64,000 nucleotides of DNA from Candidatus Nomurabacteria bacterium (GTDB lineage: Bacteria; Patescibacteriota; Minisyncoccia; Phycocordibacterales; UBA9973). The translations under genes and the position numbers were made by a program. Under the pieces are notes generated by a model. It saw nothing but the letters and a program-made list of their open reading frames with translations. It searched no databases and was not told the origin of the DNA. Location: NCBI GenBank assembly GCA_026395915.1, contig JAPLXU010000011.1, positions 15,688-79,687 on the forward strand, given 5' to 3'. Positions 27,545 through 36,553 of this stretch are shown here, piece after piece; position 1 is the first letter of the stretch, and each line of letters opens with the position of its first letter.

Positions 27545-28765
27545 ATGCCAAAAATAAATCAAGAAATACAAAGTTTCGCTCGCATCATGGTCATCGGAAT
27601 AGGAGGGTCTGGAAAGAACGCCGTCAACCACATGATAAATTCTAAAGTCAAAGGAGTCTCTTTTATTTGCATGAACACTGACACGCAAGATTTGCATAAC
27701 TCACTCGCTGAGAAAAAAATTCATATTGGAAAAAATCTGACGAAAGGTCTCGGCGCCGGCATGGATCCGGAAGTCGGAAAGAAAGCCGCTGAAGAAACAA
27801 AATCTGAAATTCAAGATGTCATCAAAGGAGCAGACATGATCTTCATCGCTTGCGGAATGGGCGGAGGCACAGGCACAGGCGCAGCTCCGATCGTCGCTCG
27901 CGCGGCGAGAGAACAAGGCATCTTGACTGTGGCTGTCACGACCAAGCCTTTCTTTTTTGAAGGCAATCACCGAATGAAAATCGCCGAAAAAGGAATCGAA
28001 GAATTATCAAAGGAAGTTGATGCGATTATTATAATTCCAAACGACAAATTGCTCCAGCTAGCCGACAAAAACACCAATTTTAAAGACGCTTTCAGTAATT
28101 GCGACAATGTCCTCCGTCAAGCTGTTGAAGGCATTTCGGACCTTATCACTACCCCCGGCATCATCAATGTTGACTTCGCAGATATCAAAGCCGTAATGCG
28201 AGACGCAGGTAGCGCTCTCATGGGCATCGGAATATCATCAGGTGAAAAGCGAGCAGAAAAAGCTGCTCTCGCCGCGATCAATTCTCCGCTCTTGGAAATT
28301 TCTATTCACGGCGCAAAAGGAGTGCTCTTTGCCATTTCCGGCGGAGACGATTTGACCATTCATGAAATCCAAGAAGCTGCAAAAATAATCACGGAGTCCA
28401 TCGACAAAGACGCCAAAGTGATCTTCGGCACAATTCGTGATGAGAAATTAAAGAAAGGTGAATTGAAAGTCACAGTCATCGCCACGAACTTCCCTGCCGA
28501 CATGCCTCGCAAGAACCTTTTCAGCGGAACAGGAGCGGTAAATCAAACATTACTCAAAGAAGACAATGCTAATTTGGCTAAAAAAGAGATAAATAACAGC
28601 ATCAATAGCGTAAAAAATGTAAGTACAAATAGCAACATCAGCAGTAATGATTTTATAAAAAAGATGGACAACAACAAGAAACCAGAGCCGATAAAGGACA
28701 TAATTATAGAGGATGACACAGATGACTGGAGCGCTGTTCCAGCATTTCTACGACGCAAGAAATAA
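27545..28765 (+). CDS. ftsZ: Cell division protein FtsZ
   Basis: [17 protein letters not shown]-terminal VPAFLRR. Confidence 0.98.
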   Translation: MPKINQEIQSFARIMVIGIGGSGKNAVNHMINSKVKGVSFICMNTDTQDLHNSLAEKKIHIGKNLTKGLGAGMDPEVGKKAAEETKSEIQDVIKGADMIFIACGMGGGTGTGAAPIVARAAREQGILTVAVTTKPFFFEGNHRMKIAEKGIEELSKEVDAIIIIPNDKLLQLADKNTNFKDAFSNCDNVLRQAVEGISDLITTPGIINVDFADIKAVMRDAGSALMGIGISSGEKRAEKAALAAINSPLLEISIHGAKGVLFAISGGDDLTIHEIQEAAKIITESIDKDAKVIFGTIRDEKLKKGELKVTVIATNFPADMPRKNLFSGTGAVNQTLLKEDNANLAKKEINNSINSVKNVSTNSNISSNDFIKKMDNNKKPEPIKDIIIEDDTDDWSAVPAFLRRKK

Positions 28766-28787
28766 GAATTAGGTGTATAATAGAGAA

Positions 28788-29738
28788 ATGATCTACGATT
28801 TAATAATAATCGGAGGCGGACCTGCTGGCACGGCGGCAGCTGTTTACGCTTCTCGTAAAAGACTGCAGACGCTTTTTATAACGTCTGAATGGGGCGGGCA
28901 ATCTATTGTGTCTGAGAAAATTTACAACTGGATCGGGACGAATTCCCTCTCCGGCAACGAACTCGCGGAAAATTTTAAAAAACATGTGCTCGCAAACTCC
29001 GCGAACGCGGAAAATACAAATTCCACTTTAGAAATAAAAGAGGGAGAAAAAGTCGTCTCTTTATCAAGGACTCCTCTTGATAAATCTTTCAATGTCAAGA
29101 CGGAATCCGATGAAGAGTTTTCAGCAAAAACGATTTTGATAGCGAGTGGTAGTGGAAGAAGAAAACTTGAAGCAAAAAACGCCGACAAACTTGAACATAA
29201 AGGACTCACCTATTGCGCCTCTTGTGACGGACCTCTCTTTGAAAGCATGGACGTCGCCGTCATTGGTGGAGGCAATGCTGCCTTTGAAAGCGCCGCTCAA
29301 CTCCTAGCTTATTGCAAATCTGTAACACTCATTCATCGCAGTGACACTTTCCGCGCCGACGAAATCACAGTGGAAAAAATTTTGGCAAACCCAAAAATGA
29401 AAGCTGTCAAAAACGCGGAAATCCTAGAAGTGCAAGGCGAAAAATTTGTGGAAGGAATAGTTTATAAAGACAAAATTTCCGGAAAAGAAATAGAACTCAA
29501 AGTCTCTGGCATTTTTGTAGAAATAGGTCAGATTCCGAACACCAGTTTCGCAAAAGACCTTGTTCCGCTTGATGAAATAGGAAGAATAAAAATCGACGCT
29601 TGGACGCAAAAAACGGAAATTCCTGGCATTTGGGCAGCTGGAGATTGCACTAACGTTCTCTATCATCAGAACAACATAGCTGCCGGCGATGCTGTCCGCG
29701 CTCTTGAGGATATTTATTTGCACATACACACAAAATAA
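28788..29738 (+). CDS. Thioredoxin reductase / AhpF C-terminal-like FAD disulfide oxidoreductase
   Basis: IIGGGPAG, YCASCDG, GGGNAA, AAGD. Confidence 0.88.
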   Translation: MIYDLIIIGGGPAGTAAAVYASRKRLQTLFITSEWGGQSIVSEKIYNWIGTNSLSGNELAENFKKHVLANSANAENTNSTLEIKEGEKVVSLSRTPLDKSFNVKTESDEEFSAKTILIASGSGRRKLEAKNADKLEHKGLTYCASCDGPLFESMDVAVIGGGNAAFESAAQLLAYCKSVTLIHRSDTFRADEITVEKILANPKMKAVKNAEILEVQGEKFVEGIVYKDKISGKEIELKVSGIFVEIGQIPNTSFAKDLVPLDEIGRIKIDAWTQKTEIPGIWAAGDCTNVLYHQNNIAAGDAVRALEDIYLHIHTK

Positions 29739-29801
29739 ATACTTTTCAAAATCAAACTTTTGAACTTGCAACTATTTTTGAATTAGAATATAATTTTAAT
29801 A

Positions 29802-29917
29802 CTGTTAAATGTTGGAAATGAGGTTAGATTCCTCTACTGTGCCGCAACGGTAAACTTTTGTGCCGCCTTCGCCCTATGGGCTTCGACGGCCGAAGTAGTC
29901 CGGTCTTCATTTAGCAG
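29802..29917 (+). promoter_or_regulatory. Cobalamin riboswitch
   Basis: Closing helix CTGTTAAATG/CATTTAGCAG; GGAAA-GAGGT-TAGATT-CCTC; ACTGT-GCCGCA-ACGGT; AGTCCGG B12-box-like; upstream of DUF4430-like genes. Confidence 0.8.
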
Positions 29918-29988
29918 AGCTTCCGAGCAGAAGATTTTTTCATAGAATTTTATGATATCTTCCCGCTCAATTGATGGAGGATTTTTTT

Positions 29989-30420
29989 ATGAAAAAACGA
30001 CAAAGAAAATTACATATCAATCTTTCCATTTCCATATTTTTCGTTATTTTACTTTTTTTAATTTTTTATTTAGTTCAAACCACCTATTCCATACCAAAAA
30101 TCGGAACGCCCATAGTTAATCAAGAAGCGAGCAAAGATGATAACACTGCCACTATTTTAATTGGTAATTCTAAAACTAATCTATTATTTTCTGTTGGTAC
30201 ATCTCTTTATAACGCTCTAACACAACAAAAAAATGCTGGAAAAATAACGTTTTCCGGAAAAAACTACCCTAGCTTAGGCTTTTTTGTGACAGATATAGGT
30301 ACACTTCACGCAAACAATGGAAAAAATCTTATTTATTATATTAATGGGAAAGAAGCATCTGTCGGCGTTTCTTCCTACATGCTCAAAGATGGAGACATCA
30401 TTGAGTGGAAATTAGAGTAG
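29989..30420 (+). CDS. Membrane-anchored DUF4430 / transcobalamin C-terminal-like protein
   Basis: GGAGG RBS; N-terminal TM; LGFFVTDIG and YYINGKEASVGVSSY.LKDGDIIEW. Confidence 0.8.
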   Translation: MKKRQRKLHINLSISIFFVILLFLIFYLVQTTYSIPKIGTPIVNQEASKDDNTATILIGNSKTNLLFSVGTSLYNALTQQKNAGKITFSGKNYPSLGFFVTDIGTLHANNGKNLIYYINGKEASVGVSSYMLKDGDIIEWKLE

Positions 30421-30428
30421 TTTTATTT

Positions 30429-33041
30429 ATGAAAAAAATACTTAGTTTCGGGTTTCTGTTTGTGTTAGCTTTTGGTTTTGGAAGCTTTACAAATTTATAT
30501 GCAGAGAATGATACAACTCCGCCGATAGGAACAATATTAATAAATGGTGGAGCATTATACACAAATACTCGAAATGTAATACTGACTCTTTCTGCAACAG
30601 ACGATCTTTCTGCCGTTACTGAAATGAAAATTGCGAACTATACTTCTTATCATGATCTAGAACCATATGTAACATCAAAAAACTGGGAACTAACCAACGG
30701 AGACGGATTAAAAACTGTGAGGGTTAAATTTAAAGACCAGGCAGGAAATGAAACTGCCACCGGAATTTCTGCAACCATAACCTTAGACACTATTGCCCCA
30801 GTTATAAATTTAACTGGTCTAAGCACTATCAATTTAAATGTTGGTGGTACTTATACAGAACTCGGAGCAACAGTAATTGATGCAGATACTTCTGTTTCTA
30901 TTATAATCACCGGTCCAGTTGACACAACAACTGCTGGAACTTATACAATTCGTTACAATGCTTCTGACACAGCAGGAAATAAAGCAACAGAAGTTACTAG
31001 AACGATTAATGTCACTGCAATGCCGACACCAGTTCCAATCCATCTTGATATTGAAGCATCTGACGGTCCAATCTATAATCAAGATATTACAGTGGCTCCT
31101 TGCAATAGTGATGGCAATGGAATTATGAAAATAACTGCATATTGCGCGCTTGCACAATCTAACATTCCAAGCATTTGGTCTGGACTATGGATTGATTCAA
31201 TTGGTGGAAAAGTGAACAATGATAATAACAATGGAGCATTCTGGATGTGGCTTGTAAATCTAAATATAAATAATCCTTATTCTGATTCTATATGCCACCA
31301 AGATTCTCCTTTTAGTTGTTCAGCCAAAGAATATATTTTAAATCCGAACGAAAAAATATTATTTTACTACAACACAAATCCCTTAAAAATCTCTGACATC
31401 AATCTTAACCCTGCTGTTGGAAGTAACATCACGATAAGCGTAAAAAAACTGGGTTTAGACGGCTGGAATTCAGTTTGGAATCCCGCAGTTGGCGGAAAAA
31501 TTGTTATAGGAACAAATACTTTTGATCTTGACGACAATGGCTCATACACTTTCACAATTCTCAATACAGATGCGTTTACAATAAAAGGTCAATTGACTGG
31601 TTTCATTGACACACCTCAAATAATAGTCACTCCGACTACTTCTCCTGACACTACTCCTCCCGTTATTTCCATTAACGGTATCAGCCCCATAGATGTCATA
31701 AAAGACACAGTTTATACAGACGCCGGGGCGACAGCAAATGATGCAGTAGATGGTGTACGTACAGTCACCACAACAGGCAATGTCGATGCGACAATTATCG
31801 GCACATATACAATAACTTATACTGCAAGTGATACCTCAAACAATGTTTCAACACTGATGCGCACAGTAAATGTTATAAATCCGCAAGGCAATAGTGGCAG
31901 TATGGCAACAGGCGGGGGTGGAATATATGTAACACCAACTTTCAATATTCAAAATGCCCTAGCTTATCTGAAAGGCGTCCAGAGTTCGGACGGATCTTTC
32001 GGCGGTTCACTTATGTACACAGATTGGGTGGCAATCGCTTTCGGAGCTTCGAGCATCACTGACAGTTCACGCGACAAGATTCTCGCATACTTCAGCTCCA
32101 ACAACACATTAAGTTCCCTTCTAACTGACAATGAGAGACACACTATGGCGCTCCTCGCGCTCGGACAAAATCCATATTCTTTCAACGGCATAAATTATAT
32201 AGGCGCAATCATAAGCAGTTTTGACGGCGTACAATTCGGTGACGCAAATCTTATTAATGACGACGTTTTCGCTCTCATTCCTCTCGCAAATTCTGGCTAC
32301 ACCGCAAACGATGACATTATTGCAAAAGACGTTGCTTTTATAATTTCAAAACAAAAAACCGACGGCTCATGGGAAGAAAGCGTTGACATCACATCGGCAA
32401 CGGTACAAGCTCTGAAGCCTTTTTCTTCGATTGCTAACGTTCCAAGCGCGCTCACGAAAGCCACCGATTATCTCACAAACAAACAAAATAACGATGGTGG
32501 TTTTGGTGATAATAATTTGAGTTCCGTTTATTCGACAAGCTGGGCAATGCAAGAAATGAACGCCCTTTCCGCGTCTTGGACAAAAGGCGGACATACACCT
32601 ATGGATTATTTCGGCGGAAAGCAAGCACTAGATGGCGCAATTCTCCCCTTCTCTGAAATTCCGCAGAATAGAATTTGGGCAACCAGTTATGCGATTCCGG
32701 CTGTTCTCAATAAACCTTGGAGCGCGATTATGCAAAATGTTTCCAAGCCGGGAGTTCAAAATAACGCGAGCACTTCCGTAAACTCAGAACTAGTAGTAGT
32801 TCCAGCACCTGAGACTGTAAAAAAAATAGACACAACTCCAAAAACTAAAATACTAACAGAGGCAGTCTCACAAGATGTAGCGACAGAACCAAATACATCA
32901 GAAATAAATTCTGACACACTAGGAGCGACAGCGGTCAATGCCTTGCCGTCAAAAACTTCCAGCAACGCAATTCCAATAGCTTTAGGTGTCGGCCTTGGTA
33001 TTGCCTTCCTCTACTTCGCCGCAAAAAATATAGCTAAATAA
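30429..33041 (+). CDS. Surface protein: Ig-like/DUF5011 repeats, DUF4430-like domain, prenyltransferase-repeat alpha barrel, C-terminal TM anchor
   Basis: Signal peptide; DTTPPVI...GTYTITYTASD repeats; WIDSIGG..FWMWLVN; repeated Q.SDGSF/Q.TDGSW/Q.NDGGF; terminal hydrophobic helix. Confidence 0.75.
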   Translation: MKKILSFGFLFVLAFGFGSFTNLYAENDTTPPIGTILINGGALYTNTRNVILTLSATDDLSAVTEMKIANYTSYHDLEPYVTSKNWELTNGDGLKTVRVKFKDQAGNETATGISATITLDTIAPVINLTGLSTINLNVGGTYTELGATVIDADTSVSIIITGPVDTTTAGTYTIRYNASDTAGNKATEVTRTINVTAMPTPVPIHLDIEASDGPIYNQDITVAPCNSDGNGIMKITAYCALAQSNIPSIWSGLWIDSIGGKVNNDNNNGAFWMWLVNLNINNPYSDSICHQDSPFSCSAKEYILNPNEKILFYYNTNPLKISDINLNPAVGSNITISVKKLGLDGWNSVWNPAVGGKIVIGTNTFDLDDNGSYTFTILNTDAFTIKGQLTGFIDTPQIIVTPTTSPDTTPPVISINGISPIDVIKDTVYTDAGATANDAVDGVRTVTTTGNVDATIIGTYTITYTASDTSNNVSTLMRTVNVINPQGNSGSMATGGGGIYVTPTFNIQNALAYLKGVQSSDGSFGGSLMYTDWVAIAFGASSITDSSRDKILAYFSSNNTLSSLLTDNERHTMALLALGQNPYSFNGINYIGAIISSFDGVQFGDANLINDDVFALIPLANSGYTANDDIIAKDVAFIISKQKTDGSWEESVDITSATVQALKPFSSIANVPSALTKATDYLTNKQNNDGGFGDNNLSSVYSTSWAMQEMNALSASWTKGGHTPMDYFGGKQALDGAILPFSEIPQNRIWATSYAIPAVLNKPWSAIMQNVSKPGVQNNASTSVNSELVVVPAPETVKKIDTTPKTKILTEAVSQDVATEPNTSEINSDTLGATAVNALPSKTSSNAIPIALGVGLGIAFLYFAAKNIAK

Positions 33042-33076
33042 ATGGCGGAAGGCATGGCGCGAAGTTAAAACTTTCA

Positions 33077-33174
33077 TCTTTCGCAAGAACTCTTTCGCAA
33101 GAACGGTTCTTGCGAAAACTCAAGAACGGTTCTTGCGAAAACTGCGAAAACTTGCGAAAACTCTTGCGAAAACT
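33077..33174. repeat. Staggered tandem repeats around a palindrome, downstream of tRNA-Ser
   Basis: Core TTTCGCAAGAAC-G-GTTCTTGCGAAA; TCTTTCGCAAGAAC x2, CAAGAACGGTTCTTGCGAAAACT x2, GCGAAAACT x5. Confidence 0.85.
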
Positions 33175-33187
33175 TACTCCGTACGAA

Positions 33188-33271
33188 GGCGGAGGGTACA
33201 GGACTTGAACCTGTAAGGGATTTCTCCCGCTGGTTTTCGAAACCAGTGCCATACCATTAGGCGAACCCTCC
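33188..33271 (-). tRNA. tRNA-Ser(CGA)
   Basis: Acceptor GGAGGGT/ACCCTCC; loop TTCGAAA; long variable arm. Confidence 0.93.
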
Positions 33272-33352
33272 ACTTTTGCACGGGGCCAACCAGTGTCTTT
33301 AATCTAGCATTTTTTGAGATTTTTTCAATTTAGAATTCGAATACACCTTTTT

Positions 33353-33751
33353 TTATTCCGTGGTAACACCGTCAAATTCAGGTCCGTTCGATTCCGCTTC
33401 TTTTTTTGTGGCTCGAACTATGCCGTCTTTGTGATGAGCAGGCGAATAAATGGTGTAGAGTTTCAAATCTTCCGTCGCGGAAGTATTTATAATATTGTGT
33501 TGCGCTCCGGATGGAACGATAATCACCGATCCGTCACCCAAAATATATTCGTTACCGTCGATCACGCACTTCCCTTGCCCGCTTTCGAATCGAAAAAATT
33601 GATCGTTGTCGGTGTGAACTTCCATGCCAATTTCTTCTTTCGGCTTCAAGCACATGAGAACCAACTGACTGTGCTTTCCCGTATAAAGCACCTTGCGGAA
33701 ATTCTTATTTTCTAATGTATCTTTCTCTATGTTTGTGTTAAATCCTTTCAT
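33353..33751 (-). CDS. Cupin domain protein
   Basis: IGMEVH...DQFF and VPSGAQHNIIN. Confidence 0.9.
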   Translation of the reverse strand: MKGFNTNIEKDTLENKNFRKVLYTGKHSQLVLMCLKPKEEIGMEVHTDNDQFFRFESGQGKCVIDGNEYILGDGSVIIVPSGAQHNIINTSATEDLKLYTIYSPAHHKDGIVRATKKEAESNGPEFDGVTTE

Positions 33752-33786
33752 AATAAATATATTTTAACATTAATAAAATGCGAAAG

Positions 33787-34218
33787 CTAGATAACCGACT
33801 GTTGTCTAGCCTTTAAATACCAAACAGAAAAAACAAAAATAATAATGTAAAAAATAAGCCCGTAAGCGCATGTCGGTAAAACGAGAGTGTAAGCCTTATG
33901 AATTCCAGCGAAAAGGTTCCCTATTTCTGGAATCACAAAATGTCCAGCAAAAAGAATACCCAGAGCAGATACTGTTGTAATAATTATTGATACAATTTTT
34001 TCAGAAGAATTCTTAAAGAGACCAAACAAGGCAAAAGAAAAAATCACGAGAAACATTCCGAAACCGAACCAGCAAGCGGGATATCCGAGAAAATACTGGC
34101 AGGGTTCGTTGAAGGCACAAGCGGAAGTAAAAAGTTTTACAGCGCTTAAATATCCAGAAAACAATAGTCCCGCAAGACCAAGGAAAAACATTGTTTTTAT
34201 ATATGTTGAAGTTTTCAT
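33787..34218 (-). CDS. VKOR/DsbB-like Cys-containing membrane protein
   Basis: Four TMs; SACAFNEPC, LGYPACWFG, LPTCAYG. Confidence 0.55.
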   Translation of the reverse strand: MKTSTYIKTMFFLGLAGLLFSGYLSAVKLFTSACAFNEPCQYFLGYPACWFGFGMFLVIFSFALFGLFKNSSEKIVSIIITTVSALGILFAGHFVIPEIGNLFAGIHKAYTLVLPTCAYGLIFYIIIFVFSVWYLKARQQSVI

Positions 34219-34266
34219 TTTGTTTGTAAAATGATAATGAATAATAGGTTTATTATACCACAAAAC

Positions 34267-34341
34267 TGGTAGCCCTACCGGGAATCGAACCCGGATTAAC
34301 GGATTGAAAACCCGTTGTCCTAACCGTTAGACGATAGGGCC
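34267..34341 (-). tRNA. tRNA-Glu(TTC)
   Basis: Cloverleaf; loop TTTTCAA; CCA encoded. Confidence 0.95.
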
Positions 34342-34447
34342 TAATAAAAATATAATAACATTTTTAAAGATAATTGCAAAAACAGACTACCATATTTCCG
34401 CGTTTTGTCCATTGAAAAAATCTCACGACCGAGTATAATCCTTAGAC

Positions 34448-35200
34448 ATGCACGACAAATTAAAAATAATAATTTTGGCGGCCGGCAAAGGCACAAGGAT
34501 GAAAATGGATGAACCAAAAGCCTTGGCAATGTTCAAAGGCAAACCTTTCATAGAGCACATCCTTGAAACGATTAAAAAATTGGATCCAAAAATCAAACCA
34601 ATCATCGTCATAGGTTACAAGAAAGAACAAATCAAAAAAGTATTGGGCGATGAACATATCTACGCAGAACAAACTGAACAACTCGGTACGGGACACGCAG
34701 TTATGTCCGCAAAAAACGTGGTTGGCGAAGATCACGAAATAGTTCTTGTCATTTCTGTAGATCAACCATTAGTTTCAAAAGAAACCCTCAAGCGAATTAT
34801 CACAGTACATACCAAAGAGAAACCGACAATCACACTTGCAACGGTAACAGTTCCAGATTTTGAAGAATGGAGAGTCGGATTAAATCATTTTGGTAGAATA
34901 GTCCGTGGAGGAAATGGACTTATAAAAGGCATTGTAGAGTTCAAAGACGCGAATGTCGAAGAAAGGAAAATCAAAGAATTAAACCCCGCTTTATACGCAT
35001 TCGACGCAAAATGGCTCTGGGACAATATTAAAAAAATAAAAAATGAAAATACACAAGCAGAATATTATCTGACTGACCTGATAAAAATCGCCACAGAACA
35101 AAAAAAGAAAATCGAAACTGTACAAATGGAAAATATTATCGAAGCGCTCCAGCCAAATTGCAAAGAAGAACTGGAGATACTAACAAAAATTGTCTCTTAA
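34448..35200 (+). CDS. GlmU-like nucleotidyltransferase domain only (no acetyltransferase domain)
   Basis: ILAAGKGTRMK, QLGTGHAV, IVEFKDA, EYYLTDL. Confidence 0.85.
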   Translation: MHDKLKIIILAAGKGTRMKMDEPKALAMFKGKPFIEHILETIKKLDPKIKPIIVIGYKKEQIKKVLGDEHIYAEQTEQLGTGHAVMSAKNVVGEDHEIVLVISVDQPLVSKETLKRIITVHTKEKPTITLATVTVPDFEEWRVGLNHFGRIVRGGNGLIKGIVEFKDANVEERKIKELNPALYAFDAKWLWDNIKKIKNENTQAEYYLTDLIKIATEQKKKIETVQMENIIEALQPNCKEELEILTKIVS

Positions 35201-35247
35201 TGTAACTTCATTATTAATTCACGTCGTAATAATATAGTGAACAAATT

Positions 35248-36468
35248 ATGCAAAACCCATATCAAAATGCAATGAAGCAGTTAGACAAAGTCGCTAAAGT
35301 TAAAAACTTCAATGATAGTTTCATCGCTCGTTTGAGACAACCTGACAGAGACATCAGAATCTCAATCCCAGTCCAAATGGATGATAAATCTTTAAAAATT
35401 TTTGAAGGATACCGTGTGGAATACAACAACGCGCTCGGACCTTACAAAGGCGGAATCAGATATCACCACGACACTGAAATCAACGAGGTGAAAGCTCTTG
35501 CTTTTTGGATGACGCTCAAATGCGCTGTTGCAAATATTCCTATGGGCGGGGGCAAGGGCGGGATAACAGTTGAGCCGAGAAATTTATCAAAGGGAGAATT
35601 GGAAAGACTTTCTCGTGAATGGGTGCGTAGCCTCTCTGATATTTTGGGACCGCGTAAAGATGTTCCTGCGCCGGATGTGAACACAACGCCGGAAATAATG
35701 ACTTGGATGACGGACGAATACGCAAAAATAACTGGTGACAAAACTAGGGCAACTTTTACCGGCAAACCGATAGAAAAAGGTGGTTCGGAAGGACGCGGGC
35801 CAGCGACTGGCTTGGGTGGATTTTATGTTTTTAACGCGCTTCGCAAAGACCTCAAACTTCCGGAAAAATGTAAAGTTGCGATTCAGGGCTTCGGAAATGT
35901 CGGAAGCAATGCGGCGGAAATTTTTGCTGAACATGGGCATAAAATAATAGCAGTTTCAGATTCGAAAAGCGCGATATTCAACAAAGACGGTCTTGATTTG
36001 AAAAAAGTTCAAGCTCACAAAAAAAGCACGGGCGCTCTGAAAGATTTTCCGGACGCGAAAAATATTACAAATGAAGAATTGCTCGAACTCCCCTGCGACC
36101 TCCTTGTACCTGCTGCTTTTGAAAATGTTATAACCGAACAAAATGCCCGAAAAATAAAAGTCAAAGCCATTCTGGAACTTGCGAATGGTCCCGTGACACC
36201 AGAAGCAGATGAAATCTTGTTTAAAAAAGGCATTCCAGTAATACCGGATGTTTTGGCAAATTCTGGCGGGGTTACTGTGTCATATTTCGAATGGGAACAA
36301 AATCTAAAAAACGAACATTGGACTGAAAAAGAAGTTTTCAAAAAATTAAAACCAATGATGGAAGACGCATCAAAAAAAATATTTGAAGAATCAAAAAAAT
36401 CAAGAACTTCATTGCGTATGGGAGCCTTCATTTTGGCACTTGAAAGAATACAGAAAAAAATGCTATAA
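35248..36468 (+). CDS. gdhA: Glu/Leu/Phe/Val dehydrogenase (glutamate dehydrogenase)
   Basis: GPYKGGIRY, GGGKGG, DVPAPDV, QGFGNVG, ANSGGVTVSYFEW. Confidence 0.93.
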   Translation: MQNPYQNAMKQLDKVAKVKNFNDSFIARLRQPDRDIRISIPVQMDDKSLKIFEGYRVEYNNALGPYKGGIRYHHDTEINEVKALAFWMTLKCAVANIPMGGGKGGITVEPRNLSKGELERLSREWVRSLSDILGPRKDVPAPDVNTTPEIMTWMTDEYAKITGDKTRATFTGKPIEKGGSEGRGPATGLGGFYVFNALRKDLKLPEKCKVAIQGFGNVGSNAAEIFAEHGHKIIAVSDSKSAIFNKDGLDLKKVQAHKKSTGALKDFPDAKNITNEELLELPCDLLVPAAFENVITEQNARKIKVKAILELANGPVTPEADEILFKKGIPVIPDVLANSGGVTVSYFEWEQNLKNEHWTEKEVFKKLKPMMEDASKKIFEESKKSRTSLRMGAFILALERIQKKML

Positions 36469-36480
36469 ATATAAGCATTG

Positions 36481-36552
36481 GCGCGCTTAGCTCAGTGGTA
36501 GAGCGACTTTTTGACGTAAAGTAGGCCGGGGGTTCAATCCCCTCAGCGCGCA
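36481..36552 (+). tRNA. tRNA-Val(GAC)
   Basis: Acceptor GCGCGCT/AGCGCGC; loop TTGACGT; no CCA. Confidence 0.93.
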
Positions 36553-36553
36553 C

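Noticed and set aside
33077-33174. Possible CRISPR array
   Set aside because: The repeats are nested and contiguous, with no unique spacers or constant period.
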